A DNA stretch of 64,000 bases from Gemmatimonadota bacterium (lineage in GTDB: Bacteria > Latescibacterota > UBA2968 > UBA8231). Positions 20,812 to 31,599 of this stretch are shown piece by piece (position 1 is the first letter of the stretch; every line of letters starts with the position of its first letter). Below the pieces are notes generated by a model, which saw only the letters and a program-made list of their open reading frames with translations, did no database searches and was not told the origin of the DNA. The translations under genes were made by a program, and so were the position numbers. The stretch spans positions 1 to 64,000 of the forward strand of contig JAYPJE010000016.1 in the NCBI GenBank assembly GCA_038128265.1, written 5' to 3'.

Positions 20812-21333
20812 TTAAAACCCACGCGGCCCACCACCACCGCCACCACCGCCGCCACCACCCCACTGGCCGCCCCCGCCGCCACCGCGCTGACCGCCGCCAC
20901 CCCACTGGCCGCGACGGGCCTGTGCCTCTTCCATCTGCTGGTTAAACTTGGTCAGCTGCTCTTCGTTGAGCACCTGTCCCAGCGTTGCCATCACCTCCTC
21001 GCGCATGTTTTCCATATTCTCGCGCATGGTCTCGCGCATCGCCTGCCAATCTCCGCCGCTGGCCATATCGGCCATCATATTTTGCTGCTTGACATAGGTG
21101 GCCTTGAGCCCTGCCCGCAGCTTGACCAACTGCTCGTCCGTAACGGCATATTCGTCGTCAAAAGCAAGCATGCCCAGCACTTGCTCGGGAGACAATCCCC
21201 CACCCATCATGCCACGACCACCGCCGCCGCCCATACCGCGCCCACCGCCACCACCGCCGGGCTGCGCGATGGCCGGCAGGGCGACCAACAGACAGCCCAG
21301 CGCCGCACCCAATATCCACTTTCTTTTCAGCAT
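20812..21333 (-). CDS. Secreted Spy/CpxP-like protein with Gly/Arg-rich termini
   Basis: Signal peptide (AIA|QPG); VTDEQ and VLNEEQ LTxxQ-like motifs; Met-rich helix; poly-Gly ends. Confidence 0.65.
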   Translation of the reverse strand: MLKRKWILGAALGCLLVALPAIAQPGGGGGGRGMGGGGGRGMMGGGLSPEQVLGMLAFDDEYAVTDEQLVKLRAGLKATYVKQQNMMADMASGGDWQAMRETMRENMENMREEVMATLGQVLNEEQLTKFNQQMEEAQARRGQWGGGGQRGGGGGGQWGGGGGGGGGGGPRGF

Positions 21334-21375
21334 TTCCCCGTTCTCCTTTTGTTTAAGAGGGCTTTTGATGCCCCA

Positions 21376-21404
21376 TTAGACAGCAGTGGGCGCCGTTGCA
21401 TTCC
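21376..21404 (-). promoter_or_regulatory. Putative ECF sigma promoter GGAAT-N18-GTCTAA
   Basis: Minus strand reads GGAATgcaacggcgcccactgctGTCTAA, about 43 nt upstream of the ATG at 21333. Confidence 0.6.
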
Positions 21405-21467
21405 CCCGCAATCGAATCTGATGGCCACCCTCTGCCCGCATGGCTCCCATTGGCCGGAATTCGACAT

Positions 21468-22628
21468 TCAATCTGCGAGCTGCTCCCCGAGAAATTCAAA
21501 GGCGCGGCGCGTGGCCGCTACGTGCCCTTCAGCGTGTTCGATAAACTCAAAGCGCGCCGCTACTCCTAGCTGCTGGTAATGGGCGGCCGCGCGCTGGCCC
21601 TCCCGCCGTGCCGCCTCCTGATCAACGGCCCCATCTCGCATGCCCGCTTCGACGGCAAAGGCGCGCGGCGCTACAAGCGAAGCGATGTCGGCGTCCGAGA
21701 AAGCGGTAGCCTGCGCCGGCAGGATCTGCCCTTCGGCAAACCAGTCGATATAGTTCGTGCGGCTGTAGGGGCCAATGAGCTTAGGCAGGCGTTCATTGAA
21801 ATAGGCGCTGCACACGCTGGCGCGCACCCTCCGATCGAGTGCCGGCAAATACAGGGCCGTTTGGCCACCGCGCGACAGGCCATAGCATCCTATGCGCCCA
21901 GCGTCGACGGCCTCGTCCTGGACGAGCAGATCGACGCCGCGCGATGAGGCCATGACGTCTAGACCCAACAGCGTGCCGCCCGCCAGCACGCAGAGGCGGT
22001 GCAGGCGATTCTTGCCGTAGTGCACGTCGCGATCGGCAAAGTCGGGCAGCGGCACGTCGACCGCATCGCTATCCGTTCCATAGCCGCTGGGATGGTGCGG
22101 CGCAACGACGCAGTAGCCGCGCCGCACTGCCCGCAGCCCCATAGAGCGGTAGGCATAGTCTTCGGCGTTGGCACTGGCTACTAAGCCACAGGCCATTTCC
22201 GGCGTGCCCATATAGCCGTGCTGCACCAACAGAGCGGGATGAGGCCCCGGCGATTTGGGCCGCATGCGCACCGCATAGGTTTGCAGGCCGGGCAACACCT
22301 CGTAGAAAAAGCGCGTGGCAATGGCCCCCTCGTCTTCCCATAACAGCATCTCTTCTTGGGCGATAGCCGGTGTGCGCACCGATGGCTCAGACCAAAAGCC
22401 CAGCATGCGCGCAAAGCGCTGGCGCATAGGCTCCACGCTCTCTACGTAGGCTTGACTACTGGTGTAGTCGCGCAGCCACTGCGTTGACCGCACACCGTCT
22501 AGGTGAACCAAGTGATCGCGCAGATAGCGCTCATAGGATTGATATGTCCGACGGCGATGATCGTCTACGGCCCGCGGATCAACGGGCTCTACATCCGCAG
22601 CACCGGCCGGCTGCTCAATTTCGTGCAC
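21468..22628 (-). CDS. Alpha/beta hydrolase (dienelactone hydrolase/acetylxylan esterase-like)
   Basis: PALLVQHG, nucleophile elbow GLSRGG, APRAFAVEAG, C-terminal GH; start probably GTG at 22628. Confidence 0.78.
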   Translation of the reverse strand: MHEIEQPAGAADVEPVDPRAVDDHRRRTYQSYERYLRDHLVHLDGVRSTQWLRDYTSSQAYVESVEPMRQRFARMLGFWSEPSVRTPAIAQEEMLLWEDEGAIATRFFYEVLPGLQTYAVRMRPKSPGPHPALLVQHGYMGTPEMACGLVASANAEDYAYRSMGLRAVRRGYCVVAPHHPSGYGTDSDAVDVPLPDFADRDVHYGKNRLHRLCVLAGGTLLGLDVMASSRGVDLLVQDEAVDAGRIGCYGLSRGGQTALYLPALDRRVRASVCSAYFNERLPKLIGPYSRTNYIDWFAEGQILPAQATAFSDADIASLVAPRAFAVEAGMRDGAVDQEAARREGQRAAAHYQQLGVAARFEFIEHAEGHVAATRRAFEFLGEQLAD

Positions 22629-22632
22629 GACG

Positions 22633-25191
22633 TCAGCCGTCCAGCAGCCGCACGATGCCGTGCGTTCCATCGACCTCTACTTCCATACCCTCCTCCAATA
22701 CGCGCATCGCCTGCGCGGCATTGACTACCGCAGGCAACCCCAATTCGCGCGCCACGAGCGAAGAGTGACTGGCACCGCCGCCGATTTCTACAATCAGGGC
22801 CCCGGCGACGAGCATTAGCGGCGTCAGCTGCGGGCTGGCAGCGTGCGTTACCAGAACATCCCCTTCGCCCAACACCAGATCGGTCTGACCGGTCCGCACA
22901 AAGCGCACGCGGCCGCGCCGGATGCCCGGACTGACGCCTTGGGCTACAATCCGTCGACCCTCTGCATCGTCAAAGTATCCCTTTTCCGCGTCGCGCTCTT
23001 CGGCTTTACCCAGCACATCGGGCGCATCCAACTGACGCCATTCTTCCCAAGTGCGGCGCCGTCCCTCAGCCACTGCCTGCAGCGATACAACCTGCTGGCC
23101 CTCTTCCAGGGCCTGCAGCGCACCAACAAACTCGTCGCGTTCGAGAAAGAAGACCGCTTCGGTCGCCTCTACGATGCCGCCATCGACCAGGCGCGTGGCC
23201 AGTTCCAGCACGGCGCGCCGCATCAGCGGCCAGCCGTACTGTAGATAGAAGTTGGCGTCTTCGCGCGCCGACGCATTGGTCTGATAATAGTCGATAAGCG
23301 CTGCCATCATCTCGCGCTCAGCCCCTTCAACCTGGCCCAGCACGCGCTCGACGGTCGCATCGCGCAGCACCGCGGCGCGCGCGCGCTGCTGCTCAGGGGC
23401 GACTAACTGGCGACGCGCAAACGCAGCTACCATGCGGCACAGACCTGCCACATCTTCGCCGGAGGTCGGCCAGAAAAAGTCGATGCTCGTCAGCTGATGG
23501 CCGTATTGGTCTGCATAGGAACGCACGCGCTCGGCCAGCCAATCGGGCAGCTGTTCGAGCGACGGTTCCGTTTCCAGTAGTTCAACTAACCCATCGGCAG
23601 CGCGCACCTGCTGGGCCAGTTCGTAGAGCGCTTGCTGCCCGTCAAACACGCGGCTCGGGTAGCCGCTAAAGAGCACGCTAAAGTGTTCGCGCCCTTCTTC
23701 GGGTATCTTTTCCTCATAGTGGGGCTTAAACCCCATTTCTTCAAAGCCGTAGCCGATCGGCGCGATGATATACCATATTTCACCAGCCTCTTCGGCCAGC
23801 GTTTCGACCCATTCAACCAGTTCGCGCGCACGGCCCTGCGCGACATCGCGTCGACGATGCTGGTCGAAGTGTTCGACGTAGCCCGGCAGCAATGTGCGAT
23901 GCCAGTGGCGCAGGTGCTCTTTGCCCTCCTGCATATGACGCAAGCGCTCCTGGCGCTTCTCTTCTTCGCTCTTTTCCGCTTCGCCCTCTTTCTTGCCGCG
24001 ATGGGGAAAATTTTGTCGCGTATAGAAATAGCCATTGACCAGGCAAAACCACGGATGCGGCATCGAAAAAGTAGGGCGGTGCTTCCATCCCAATCGACCG
24101 GTACCAAACTGCTCGCGCGCCGCCACTAGCTTCGGCAGAATCCACGAGCCAAACAGCGGCGTCACCGCTTCGGGCAACCACTCACCCAGGCGCCAGTTGC
24201 GCCGCCAGCGCGCGTTGGGAATGGGCGTTTTCCATTCGACGCCTTCGCTTTCGCGCCGCTGCACTAGGGGGCGCGCCTGCAGCAGGTAGAGCTGGTCGTC
24301 GACCAGCGCCCACTCCACGTCCTGCGGATCACCCCCTAGCCCTTCTTCTACGCTAAGGGCAAGCCTAGCGACGCGGCCGGCCTCTTCGTCGCTCAGTGCA
24401 CGTCCAGACCCGTCGACAGATACCGCTTCGGTACCGCCATCTTCTCCGGCTACAATCTGCTCGCTCTGGCCGCCCGCCTCGTAGCTGAGCACAGCGCCCG
24501 AGGTGCGCGCAATCACCACCTCATCAGCTGCTACCTGACCGGATACCGTGCCCTCGCCCAAGCCCAGCGCCGCCGATACGTAAACCTGCTCGTAGTCGCC
24601 GCTGAGCGGGTGTACGGTAAACGCAACGCCCGCCGTCCGAGCCGGTACCATAACCTGTATGACGACGCCCATGCGCAGCGGCTGAGCCGACATGTCGAGG
24701 GCGCGCAAATAGCCTATGGCCCGATCGCTGTACAGCGAAGCCCACACGCCCTTCAACGCATCGATGCAGGCTTCCAACGAGCGCAGATTGAGAAAGGAGT
24801 CGTGCTGTCCGGCAAAGGACAGATCGGCGCGGTCCTCCAGCGTCGAAGAGGAGCGCAGCGCCACCGGTTCATTGCCCAGTGCGGCCAGCGCTTGGCGCAG
24901 CGCTTCACACACATCATCTGGCATCTGGCCGGCAGCGATCAGGTCGCGCAGGCGGGCCGGCCGCGTGCCCAACTCGGCCGGCGGGCACGCGTCGATTTCG
25001 CCCAGTAGCTCGGCGGCGGCATCCGCGCTGCCGTTGGCCGCCAAGAAGTGCGGGAGGACATCGCCCGTTATGGCGAAACCAGGCGGCACGGCAAAGCCCG
25101 CCGCGCTGAGCTGCGAGAGGCGCGCTGCCTTGGGGCCACAGCGCCAGGCCGCATCGCCGTGCGCCTGACCAAACGGCCGTATGTAGTCCAC
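22633..25191 (-). CDS. PEP/pyruvate-binding plus His-swivel protein (rifampin phosphotransferase/PEP synthase-like architecture)
   Basis: VPPGF, RSSSTLED, SFAGQHDS, GLGEGTVSG, DVEWA, LLQARP; central helical domain; C-terminal GGGASHSSLVARELGLPAV. Confidence 0.85.
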   Translation of the reverse strand: MDYIRPFGQAHGDAAWRCGPKAARLSQLSAAGFAVPPGFAITGDVLPHFLAANGSADAAAELLGEIDACPPAELGTRPARLRDLIAAGQMPDDVCEALRQALAALGNEPVALRSSSTLEDRADLSFAGQHDSFLNLRSLEACIDALKGVWASLYSDRAIGYLRALDMSAQPLRMGVVIQVMVPARTAGVAFTVHPLSGDYEQVYVSAALGLGEGTVSGQVAADEVVIARTSGAVLSYEAGGQSEQIVAGEDGGTEAVSVDGSGRALSDEEAGRVARLALSVEEGLGGDPQDVEWALVDDQLYLLQARPLVQRRESEGVEWKTPIPNARWRRNWRLGEWLPEAVTPLFGSWILPKLVAAREQFGTGRLGWKHRPTFSMPHPWFCLVNGYFYTRQNFPHRGKKEGEAEKSEEEKRQERLRHMQEGKEHLRHWHRTLLPGYVEHFDQHRRRDVAQGRARELVEWVETLAEEAGEIWYIIAPIGYGFEEMGFKPHYEEKIPEEGREHFSVLFSGYPSRVFDGQQALYELAQQVRAADGLVELLETEPSLEQLPDWLAERVRSYADQYGHQLTSIDFFWPTSGEDVAGLCRMVAAFARRQLVAPEQQRARAAVLRDATVERVLGQVEGAEREMMAALIDYYQTNASAREDANFYLQYGWPLMRRAVLELATRLVDGGIVEATEAVFFLERDEFVGALQALEEGQQVVSLQAVAEGRRRTWEEWRQLDAPDVLGKAEERDAEKGYFDDAEGRRIVAQGVSPGIRRGRVRFVRTGQTDLVLGEGDVLVTHAASPQLTPLMLVAGALIVEIGGGASHSSLVARELGLPAVVNAAQAMRVLEEGMEVEVDGTHGIVRLLDG

Positions 25192-25202
25192 GAGCGCTCT
25201 CC

Positions 25203-26138
25203 CTAACTCGTCAAGATGGCACCGAGCGCCTGCCTATCTTCGCCGCTCAGTTCCCACTCGACGCCGGCGGCATTGGCCACGACCTGTTCGGGCTGCGTCG
25301 CTCCGGCGATAACTGACGACACGGCCGGCTGGGCGCACAGACCGGCAATGGCCAGCTCCAGCAGCGAGTGCCCGCGTTCCTGCGCAAAGGTTTCTAGCGC
25401 TTCGAGTATGGAAAAATTGGCGTCGGTGAGCAGCTGCTCGCCGCGCTCCGATCCGGTCAAACGCGCTCCTTCGGGCGGCTCCTGGCCGCGGCGGTACTTG
25501 CCGGTCAACAGGCCCGATTCCAGCGGGAAAAAGGGTATTATGCCCACGCCGTACTCCTCGCAGTAGGGCACGACCTCACCCTCGATATCGCGCTTGAGCA
25601 GGTTGTAGTAATTTTGCACCGAAACAAAGGGCTCCAGCCCGTCGCGCCGTGCCGCCCACTCGGCTTCGCACAGGTGCCAGGCGGCAAAATTTGAGCAGCC
25701 TATATAGCGCACTTTGCCCTGACGCACCAAATCATCTAAGGCGCGCAGCGTCTCTTCTATCGGCACGCTGCGATCGACGCGATGAATCTGGTAGAGGTCG
25801 ATATAGTCCGTCTGCAGGCGCTGCAAGCTCGCCTCGACGCAGGTCATAATATGCTGGCGCGACCCCCCCATCCCCATCGGACCGTCGTGCATCTTCATGC
25901 CAAATTTCGTGGCGATCAACACGCTGTGGCGACGCCCTCTGAGCGCTTGACCGATGTGCGTCTCAGACTCGCCTGCTGAATAGATATTGGCCGTGTCAAT
26001 AAAGTTTACGCCCACCTCCAGCGCCGCATCGAGCACGCGTGCGCTCTGAGTTGCATCGCAGCGCCTACCGAAGTTATTCGTTCCCAATCCCAACAGCGAT
26101 ACTTCGAGGCCGGAGCGACCCAGGCGTCGGTATTTCAT
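25203..26138 (-). CDS. Aldo/keto reductase
   Basis: MKYRRLGRSGL, FIDTANIY, ATKFG, SLQRLQTDYIDLYQIH, IGCSNF. Confidence 0.93.
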   Translation of the reverse strand: MKYRRLGRSGLEVSLLGLGTNNFGRRCDATQSARVLDAALEVGVNFIDTANIYSAGESETHIGQALRGRRHSVLIATKFGMKMHDGPMGMGGSRQHIMTCVEASLQRLQTDYIDLYQIHRVDRSVPIEETLRALDDLVRQGKVRYIGCSNFAAWHLCEAEWAARRDGLEPFVSVQNYYNLLKRDIEGEVVPYCEEYGVGIIPFFPLESGLLTGKYRRGQEPPEGARLTGSERGEQLLTDANFSILEALETFAQERGHSLLELAIAGLCAQPAVSSVIAGATQPEQVVANAAGVEWELSGEDRQALGAILTS

Positions 26139-26207
26139 AGCACACCCCTTTGTATGAGAGAAGTAGATCCGCGCAGAGCGCAAACGTTTCTGGGACCGTC
26201 TTTGACT

Positions 26208-27989
26208 TTAGGTTAGTTGGGCACTCCCCGCGCCGGCTTCGCCATCTCTGTACTGCAGCTGATGCAGGCGGTAGTAGATGCCGCGCTGTGCCAGCAATTC
26301 TTCGTGGCGTCCCTCTTCGCGGATCTCGCCGTGGTGCATCACCAAAATATTATCCGCGTTGCGGATGGTCGACAGGCGATGGGCAATAACGATCGACGTG
26401 CGGCTCTGCATTAGGTTTTCCACCGCTTCCTGAATCCACATTTCCGTTTCCGTATCGACGCTGGCCGTCGCCTCGTCGAGCACCAGTATATCCGGGCTGC
26501 TGGCCAGGGCGCGTGCAAAGGAAATGAGCTGGCGCTGACCGGCCGAAAACGACGCGCCGCGTTCGCCGACCTGATGCCCATATCCATCGGGCAGCTTGTG
26601 TATAAAGCGATCGGCATTGACGCTGTGCGCGGCCTGCTCGACCTGCGCGCGCGTTATGCTGTCACTGCCAAGCGCGATATTGCGCTCGACGTCGCCACTG
26701 AACAAAAAGACGTCCTGCTGCACAATACCCACTCGGCGGCGCAGGGCCTGCACGTCCCACTGGCGAATATCGACCCCGTCGACGCGAATAGCCCCACGCT
26801 GAATATCGTAAAAGCGGCAAACGAGGTTGATAATGGTGCTCTTGCCCGCGCCAGTGGCGCCGACGATAGCCACGCTCTGACCGGGTTCGACGCGGAACGA
26901 AACGTCGCGCAGCACCCAATCCTCGTCGTTATAGGCGAAAAACACGCCGTCAAATTCTATGGCCCCCTGCAAATTCGCCTGCGCGTATCCATCGCCAACC
27001 GGCTCGGGTGCGCTGTCGACCAGCTCGAATATGCGCTCGGAAGAAGCCATGGCAATTTGCAGCGTATTATAGCGCTCGGCAATATCGCGAATCGGCATAA
27101 AGAAGCGCGGCACATACTGCAGCATAGCCACCAGCACACCCCACTGGATTTCCGCGCCAATCACCTGGCCTCCGCCATACCAAAGAATGAGCGCCAACAG
27201 CGAAGACCCGGCCAATTCCATAAAGGGGAAATAGATCGAATGGTAGAGCGTGCTCTGCACGCGCGCTTCGAGATAGCTGTCGTTGCCGCGATCAAAGCGC
27301 TCGGCGGCTCGGCGCTCAAAGCCAAATAGCTGCACGACCTCAATACCGGATAAACTCTCCTGCAGCGACGCGCTAAAGCTATCAAAGCGCGTGCGCGCGA
27401 TGCGATAAGCCTGAAAGGTTTTTTTCTGCAGCCAGAACGTGACCGCGGCGGCCAGCGGCAGGACCGCACAGGTCAGCGCGCCCAACTCGACGTCCATGTA
27501 AAATATGTAGGCGAGAATGGTCAGGATGGTGAGTATATCGCTCAGCATCGACACCACGCCATCGGTAAATAGCTCGTTAAGCGCATCGACATCGCTGGTG
27601 TTGCGCGCCATTAAACGCCCAATGGGGGTGCGGTCAAAAAAGCGCAGCGGCAGCTTCTGCATGCACGAAAAGATCTGCGCGCGCACGTCGCGCATGGCCC
27701 ACTGGCCCACCATACTGGTGGTCCAACTCTGCGCATAACCGACGATAAACTGCACCACGAGCAGGCCGAGAAAGATGCCAATAATCCAGCCCAACCCCTC
27801 GCGATCACCGGTCAGCACATAGTCGTCAATCGCGACCTTGGTGAGGAAAGGCCCCCCCTGGCGCGCGGCCGACGATACGAGGATGAGCGCAAAAGTAAAG
27901 ACTACCCAACCCGCATAGGGTCGCAGATACCCTAACAGACGCACCAGTAGCTTGGGATCGACGCCTTTGGTCTCAAGCGCTTCTTCCAC
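26208..27989 (-). CDS. ABC exporter half-transporter (TMD+NBD), consensus Walker B
   Basis: GATGAGKS, FSAGQ, ILVLDE, IAHRLS. Confidence 0.93.
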   Translation of the reverse strand: MEEALETKGVDPKLLVRLLGYLRPYAGWVVFTFALILVSSAARQGGPFLTKVAIDDYVLTGDREGLGWIIGIFLGLLVVQFIVGYAQSWTTSMVGQWAMRDVRAQIFSCMQKLPLRFFDRTPIGRLMARNTSDVDALNELFTDGVVSMLSDILTILTILAYIFYMDVELGALTCAVLPLAAAVTFWLQKKTFQAYRIARTRFDSFSASLQESLSGIEVVQLFGFERRAAERFDRGNDSYLEARVQSTLYHSIYFPFMELAGSSLLALILWYGGGQVIGAEIQWGVLVAMLQYVPRFFMPIRDIAERYNTLQIAMASSERIFELVDSAPEPVGDGYAQANLQGAIEFDGVFFAYNDEDWVLRDVSFRVEPGQSVAIVGATGAGKSTIINLVCRFYDIQRGAIRVDGVDIRQWDVQALRRRVGIVQQDVFLFSGDVERNIALGSDSITRAQVEQAAHSVNADRFIHKLPDGYGHQVGERGASFSAGQRQLISFARALASSPDILVLDEATASVDTETEMWIQEAVENLMQSRTSIVIAHRLSTIRNADNILVMHHGEIREEGRHEELLAQRGIYYRLHQLQYRDGEAGAGSAQLT

Positions 27990-27990
27990 C

Positions 27991-29760
27991 CTAGAGCGCC
28001 TCCAACTCGCTGCTCAAGTTCTGGCGTCGGCACATATCGGCGTAGATCCCGTCATGCGCTACCAGCTGTTCATGCGTACCCAATTCCACCACGCGCCCCT
28101 CGTCGAGGACGGCAATTTGATCGGCGTCTTTCACGGTCGATATGCGATGGGCAATGATGATGGTCGTGCGGTCGGCCATAATGCCGCGCAGCCCTTTGAG
28201 AATCTCCTCTTCGGTGTGGGTATCGACAGCGGCCAGCGCATCGTCGAGTATGAGGATTTTCGGTTTGCGTATGACGGCGCGCGCTAGGGCCGTGCGCTGT
28301 TTTTGGCCACCCGAAAGCGTGACGCCGCGCTCGCCCACAACGGTTTCTAGCCCCCGCGGAAACGACGACAGATCCGTTGCCAGCTGTGCGACCTCTACGG
28401 CTTCCTCTACGGTTCCCTCGATCGAATGCTCGGAGCCGAGCAGCACGTTTTCGCGCAGCGTCTCGGAAAAGAGAAAGGTCTCTTGGGGCACATAGCCGAT
28501 GGCTTCGCGCAAATCGCCAAGGGGAATTTGCCCAATGGGCACGCCGTCGACCAGCAGCTGACCGTCGGTGCCTTCGATGAGCCTCGGGATAAAGCGCGCC
28601 AGCGTCGTCTTGCCCGAGCCAACGCGTCCGACAATAGCCAGCGTGCTGCCGGCCGGCACGCGCACGCTGACGTTCTCCAGCGCCGAACGGCCATCGTACG
28701 AAAATGAGGCCGAGCAGAATTCCACCTCGCCGCGCAGCGCCATGCGCTCGGCCCCGCCCAGCGACTGCGGCTGCTCATCGAGCACGCTCTGAATGCGTCC
28801 CATCGAAGCAACGGCGCGCTGGTATTCGTCGACGATGCGTCCCAGCAGCATCATCGGCCGACCCATGCGAATTAAATAGGCGTTAAAGGCGACAAAAGCA
28901 CCCAAGCTCATCGCCCCGTCGATTACGCGCAGCCCACCCAACCATAGGATAACCAGCATCGAAGCGCCGTTGAGCAGAAATGTAAAGGGGAAAAACAGCG
29001 CGCGAATTTTAACGAGTCGGCGGTTGTGTTCGACGTATTCCTCGTTGAGCTTGGCAAAGTCTTCGACCTCGGACCCTTCCAGCGCATAGGCCTTGACCAC
29101 GCGCATACCGGAGAGGTTTTCCTGAATGTGCGCTACCATTTCGGCAAACTGTTCCTGGACTTTGCGGTAGCCGCTGCGCACTTTCTCGCCCACCCAGCGC
29201 GTAGTCAGCACCATAACCGGCATGGGCAGCAGCGACAGCACAGCTAGCTGCCAGTCGATAAAGCACATCAGAACCAGCGTGAGCACAAAGGTCAGCGCTC
29301 CCGTCAGCGACATGCGAAAGGCATGGTGCAAAAAGCGCTGAATCGCCTCAACATCGTTGGTGGCACGCGCCATCAGATCGCCGACGCGTCGCTGGTGAAA
29401 GTAGGATAAGGGCAGGCGCAGCAGGTGGTTGACATAGGCGCTGCGGATATCGCGCTCGACCTTGCGCGAGACGATTGTCAGATAGTAGCGCATGCCGATC
29501 GACAGCAGCCAGTTGAGCAGGGACAAACCAGCGATGAGGCCGGCGTAGAAGACCAGATCGCCTCTGATACTGCCCGTTTGATAGGTCGGTGCAGCCGCGT
29601 CGCTCAGCGCCATTTCGATCGCCTCAATGCCCCACTGCATCAGCTTGGGAATCATCAGCGATATGGCCAGCGTCACAAAGAGCAGAAACAGGCCGAGTCC
29701 GACTTGGCCCCGATAGGGTTGGAGAAAATGGGCAAAGGGTTGAAAGAGATTAAAACGCAA
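27991..29760 (-). CDS. ABC exporter half-transporter, degenerate Walker B
   Basis: GRVGSGKT, LSGGQ, ILILDD, IAHRIS. Confidence 0.93.
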   Translation of the reverse strand: MRFNLFQPFAHFLQPYRGQVGLGLFLLFVTLAISLMIPKLMQWGIEAIEMALSDAAAPTYQTGSIRGDLVFYAGLIAGLSLLNWLLSIGMRYYLTIVSRKVERDIRSAYVNHLLRLPLSYFHQRRVGDLMARATNDVEAIQRFLHHAFRMSLTGALTFVLTLVLMCFIDWQLAVLSLLPMPVMVLTTRWVGEKVRSGYRKVQEQFAEMVAHIQENLSGMRVVKAYALEGSEVEDFAKLNEEYVEHNRRLVKIRALFFPFTFLLNGASMLVILWLGGLRVIDGAMSLGAFVAFNAYLIRMGRPMMLLGRIVDEYQRAVASMGRIQSVLDEQPQSLGGAERMALRGEVEFCSASFSYDGRSALENVSVRVPAGSTLAIVGRVGSGKTTLARFIPRLIEGTDGQLLVDGVPIGQIPLGDLREAIGYVPQETFLFSETLRENVLLGSEHSIEGTVEEAVEVAQLATDLSSFPRGLETVVGERGVTLSGGQKQRTALARAVIRKPKILILDDALAAVDTHTEEEILKGLRGIMADRTTIIIAHRISTVKDADQIAVLDEGRVVELGTHEQLVAHDGIYADMCRRQNLSSELEAL

Positions 29761-29784
29761 GTGGCCTCTTCAGGTTGGTCTGTA

Positions 29785-31599
29785 TCAGGTTGATTCTATG
29801 TGCTCACCGCGCCACAGATGCCGCATTTCCTCGCAGTCCTTGAGCAGCTCGCGCAGCGTGCCCACCGCTTCTATTCGGCCCTCTTTTAGCACGATAATTT
29901 GGTCGGCTCGCTCCAGCGCCGGCCGCCGGTGCGATACCACCAGCGATGCCCCGCGGCGAGCGGCAAATACCCTATCCCACAGCACATTTTCCGTTTCTAT
30001 ATCGAGCGCCGACGAAAGGTCATCAAATACGTACAGCCCAGCGTGTCGCACAAACATCCGCGCCGCCGCCGTGCGCTGCATTTGCCCTCCCGAGAGCTTG
30101 ACGCCGCGCGGCCCGACCAACGTATCAAGCCCTCCTTCCAGCGTCGGCAGATCGTCCTCCATAACGCCCAAGCGAATGGCTTCGACAACCGCGTCCGGCT
30201 GGTAGGGCACGCCCATCAATATATTATCAAGCAGTTTTTCGCTAAACAGACGTGGAACCTGTGGCGTATAGGCGCAGCGCGGTGGCACAAAAAAGGATCG
30301 GGCATCTTCTACGGCCTGACCATTCCAAACGATGCGGCCGTCTTGCTTGGGCAATACGCCGAGCAGAGTGCGCAACAGCGTAGTCTTACCGGAACCAATG
30401 CGTCCGGTCACGACGTTAAACGAATCGGGGCCGAGGTCGAAGTCGATGTCGTGCACGCCGTTGGTCGAGTTGTCAAAAACGTGCTTGAGGCCGCGCACTT
30501 CTAGCCTTTCCAAGCGACCGCTATCAACGGCTGCGACCCCAGCAACATCCGGCGCTTCTTCCGTCAAATAAACCGGCCCGTGCTGAACCAATTCATCGGA
30601 GCGGCCTAATTCAGCCGTGCGCTCCATGCGGGCGAGCGAGACTTCGGCGCGCCGGTGCTGGGCCATAACCGAGCCAATGAGCGAGCCGCTGCGCGCCACT
30701 TCCCCCACGTAGGTAGTAAAGAGCGCAAAGTCGCCGACGGTGAAATGCCCCGTGCGCATTTGCTCTGCCACCATAATTAGAATGGCGCCGGTGGCAATAT
30801 GGCTGATGTTAAAGTTGATCGAAAACAGCATCTGCGTGAATAGGTTATCGACCAGCGTCGACTTGCGCCGCGCATCGTTGAGGCGACGGAAGCGATTGAC
30901 TACCGGCTCTTCGGTGGTAGCAACCTGAATCGCCAGCACCGAGCTAAACATTTCGTTGGCGAAATTGGTCGCCGCTTCGGTCGCTGCACGCTGGGCCGCT
31001 CGGTAGCGCTGGATGTGCTTGCGAGCAATATCTACGATAGTGACGATGAGAATACTCGGCACGACAGTGACCGCCGTAACGGCTACGTCTATCTTGGCCA
31101 TATAGCTAACGGCCAAGATGGCAAAGATCATATTGCCCCATAGGTTGACGTATTGCTCCAGATAGCGCACCACCGCCTCCACATCGTCGCGAAAACGGTT
31201 GGTCGCCTCGCCGGACGAGACGCTGACCCGGCGCGGATTCTGCACTTCTAACACGGCTTTCAGCAAGTTTTTGCGCAGCAGCGATTCGACGTGAAAACGC
31301 CAGCGGACGCCGACGAGTGCCGCAATAAAGAGCGTGGCGCGATCGCCAAATTCTAGCAAGATAAAAAATACCACCAGCGTCCAGGCGTTGAAGCCGACGG
31401 CCGCCTCTCCGCTCAGCGCGTTAAAAAACGCCTGCATGATCAGTCCGACCGCGAAGGGCTGCAGATCGTCGAGGCCGCGAAAAAATACGGTGGCCAGAAA
31501 CAGCCCCGGCCGATAGCGCAACAGCTTGAGCGCCGTCTGTCCCGTCGTCATACCATCTGTCTCGGAGAAGGCCGTGCTGTCTGCAGATTGCGCGCTCAT
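29785..31599 (-). CDS. ABC exporter half-transporter, degenerate Walker B
   Basis: [22 protein letters not shown]. Confidence 0.92.
   Translation of the reverse strand: MSAQSADSTAFSETDGMTTGQTALKLLRYRPGLFLATVFFRGLDDLQPFAVGLIMQAFFNALSGEAAVGFNAWTLVVFFILLEFGDRATLFIAALVGVRWRFHVESLLRKNLLKAVLEVQNPRRVSVSSGEATNRFRDDVEAVVRYLEQYVNLWGNMIFAILAVSYMAKIDVAVTAVTVVPSILIVTIVDIARKHIQRYRAAQRAATEAATNFANEMFSSVLAIQVATTEEPVVNRFRRLNDARRKSTLVDNLFTQMLFSINFNISHIATGAILIMVAEQMRTGHFTVGDFALFTTYVGEVARSGSLIGSVMAQHRRAEVSLARMERTAELGRSDELVQHGPVYLTEEAPDVAGVAAVDSGRLERLEVRGLKHVFDNSTNGVHDIDFDLGPDSFNVVTGRIGSGKTTLLRTLLGVLPKQDGRIVWNGQAVEDARSFFVPPRCAYTPQVPRLFSEKLLDNILMGVPYQPDAVVEAIRLGVMEDDLPTLEGGLDTLVGPRGVKLSGGQMQRTAAARMFVRHAGLYVFDDLSSALDIETENVLWDRVFAARRGASLVVSHRRPALERADQIIVLKEGRIEAVGTLRELLKDCEEMRHLWRGEHIEST

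Noticed and set aside
20820..20905. CCA/CCG-rich tandem repeats, also at 21210-21260
   Set aside because: They encode poly-Gly tracts of the 173-aa protein and are not a CRISPR array or independent repeat element.
22633..25191. Calling this gene rph (rifampin resistance) or ppsA
   Set aside because: Architecture alone does not fix the substrate. The central domain could not be matched by eye, and the domain order differs from PpsA.
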